Assembly: GCF_964355755.1 (NCBI RefSeq) | Contig: NC_092675.1 | Coordinates: 3,653,812 to 3,717,811, forward strand | Reading direction: 5' to 3' | Length of the DNA: 64,000 nucleotides | Source of the DNA: Antedon mediterranea | Taxonomy: Eukaryota; Animalia; Echinodermata | Shown here: in pieces, positions 63,986-64,000 of the stretch | How the letters are laid out: every line of letters starts with the position of its first letter | How positions within the stretch are numbered: position 1 is the first letter of the stretch | Program-made: the position numbers and the translations under genes | The notes under the pieces: generated by a model | Databases searched by the model: none | Seen by the model: only the letters and a program-made list of their open reading frames with translations | Told to the model about the DNA's origin: nothing

Positions 63986-64000
63986 GTAAGTATTTGAGTT

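Overview
AT-rich, intron-rich eukaryotic (animal) genomic DNA, not prokaryotic. An invertebrate deuterostome such as an echinoderm is inferred from the ST8Sia gene and the repeat types; this is not proven. Five spliced genes were reconstructed by hand with phase-consistent GT-AG junctions. (1) An ADAMTS-like/papilin-type secreted protein on the minus strand (signal peptide, TSR1, Cys-rich, spacer, TSR2; no protease domain seen; ~23.7 kb first coding intron; runs off the left edge). (2) A complete 7-coding-exon alpha-2,8-sialyltransferase (ST8Sia family, 382 aa, minus). (3) A complete 9-exon NSA2 (260 aa, minus), head-to-head with (4) a UPF0449/C19orf25 homologue (138 aa, plus). (5) A secreted precursor whose last visible exon begins a Spaetzle/neurotrophin-type cystine knot (plus; runs off the right edge). 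The rest is repeat-rich: a frameshifted 5'-truncated LINE, several LINE 3' ends, tRNA-derived SINEs, non-autonomous Harbinger-, Kolobok-, hAT-, P- and pogo-like DNA elements, a 32/40-bp minisatellite and a ~950-bp compound microsatellite. The most notable observations are the Spaetzle-like gene, two classes of transposon excision footprints (one class with internal controls), degenerate Penelope-type hammerhead motifs and an intronic tRNA-Thr-like unit. All family assignments come from motif recognition; no database search was run.
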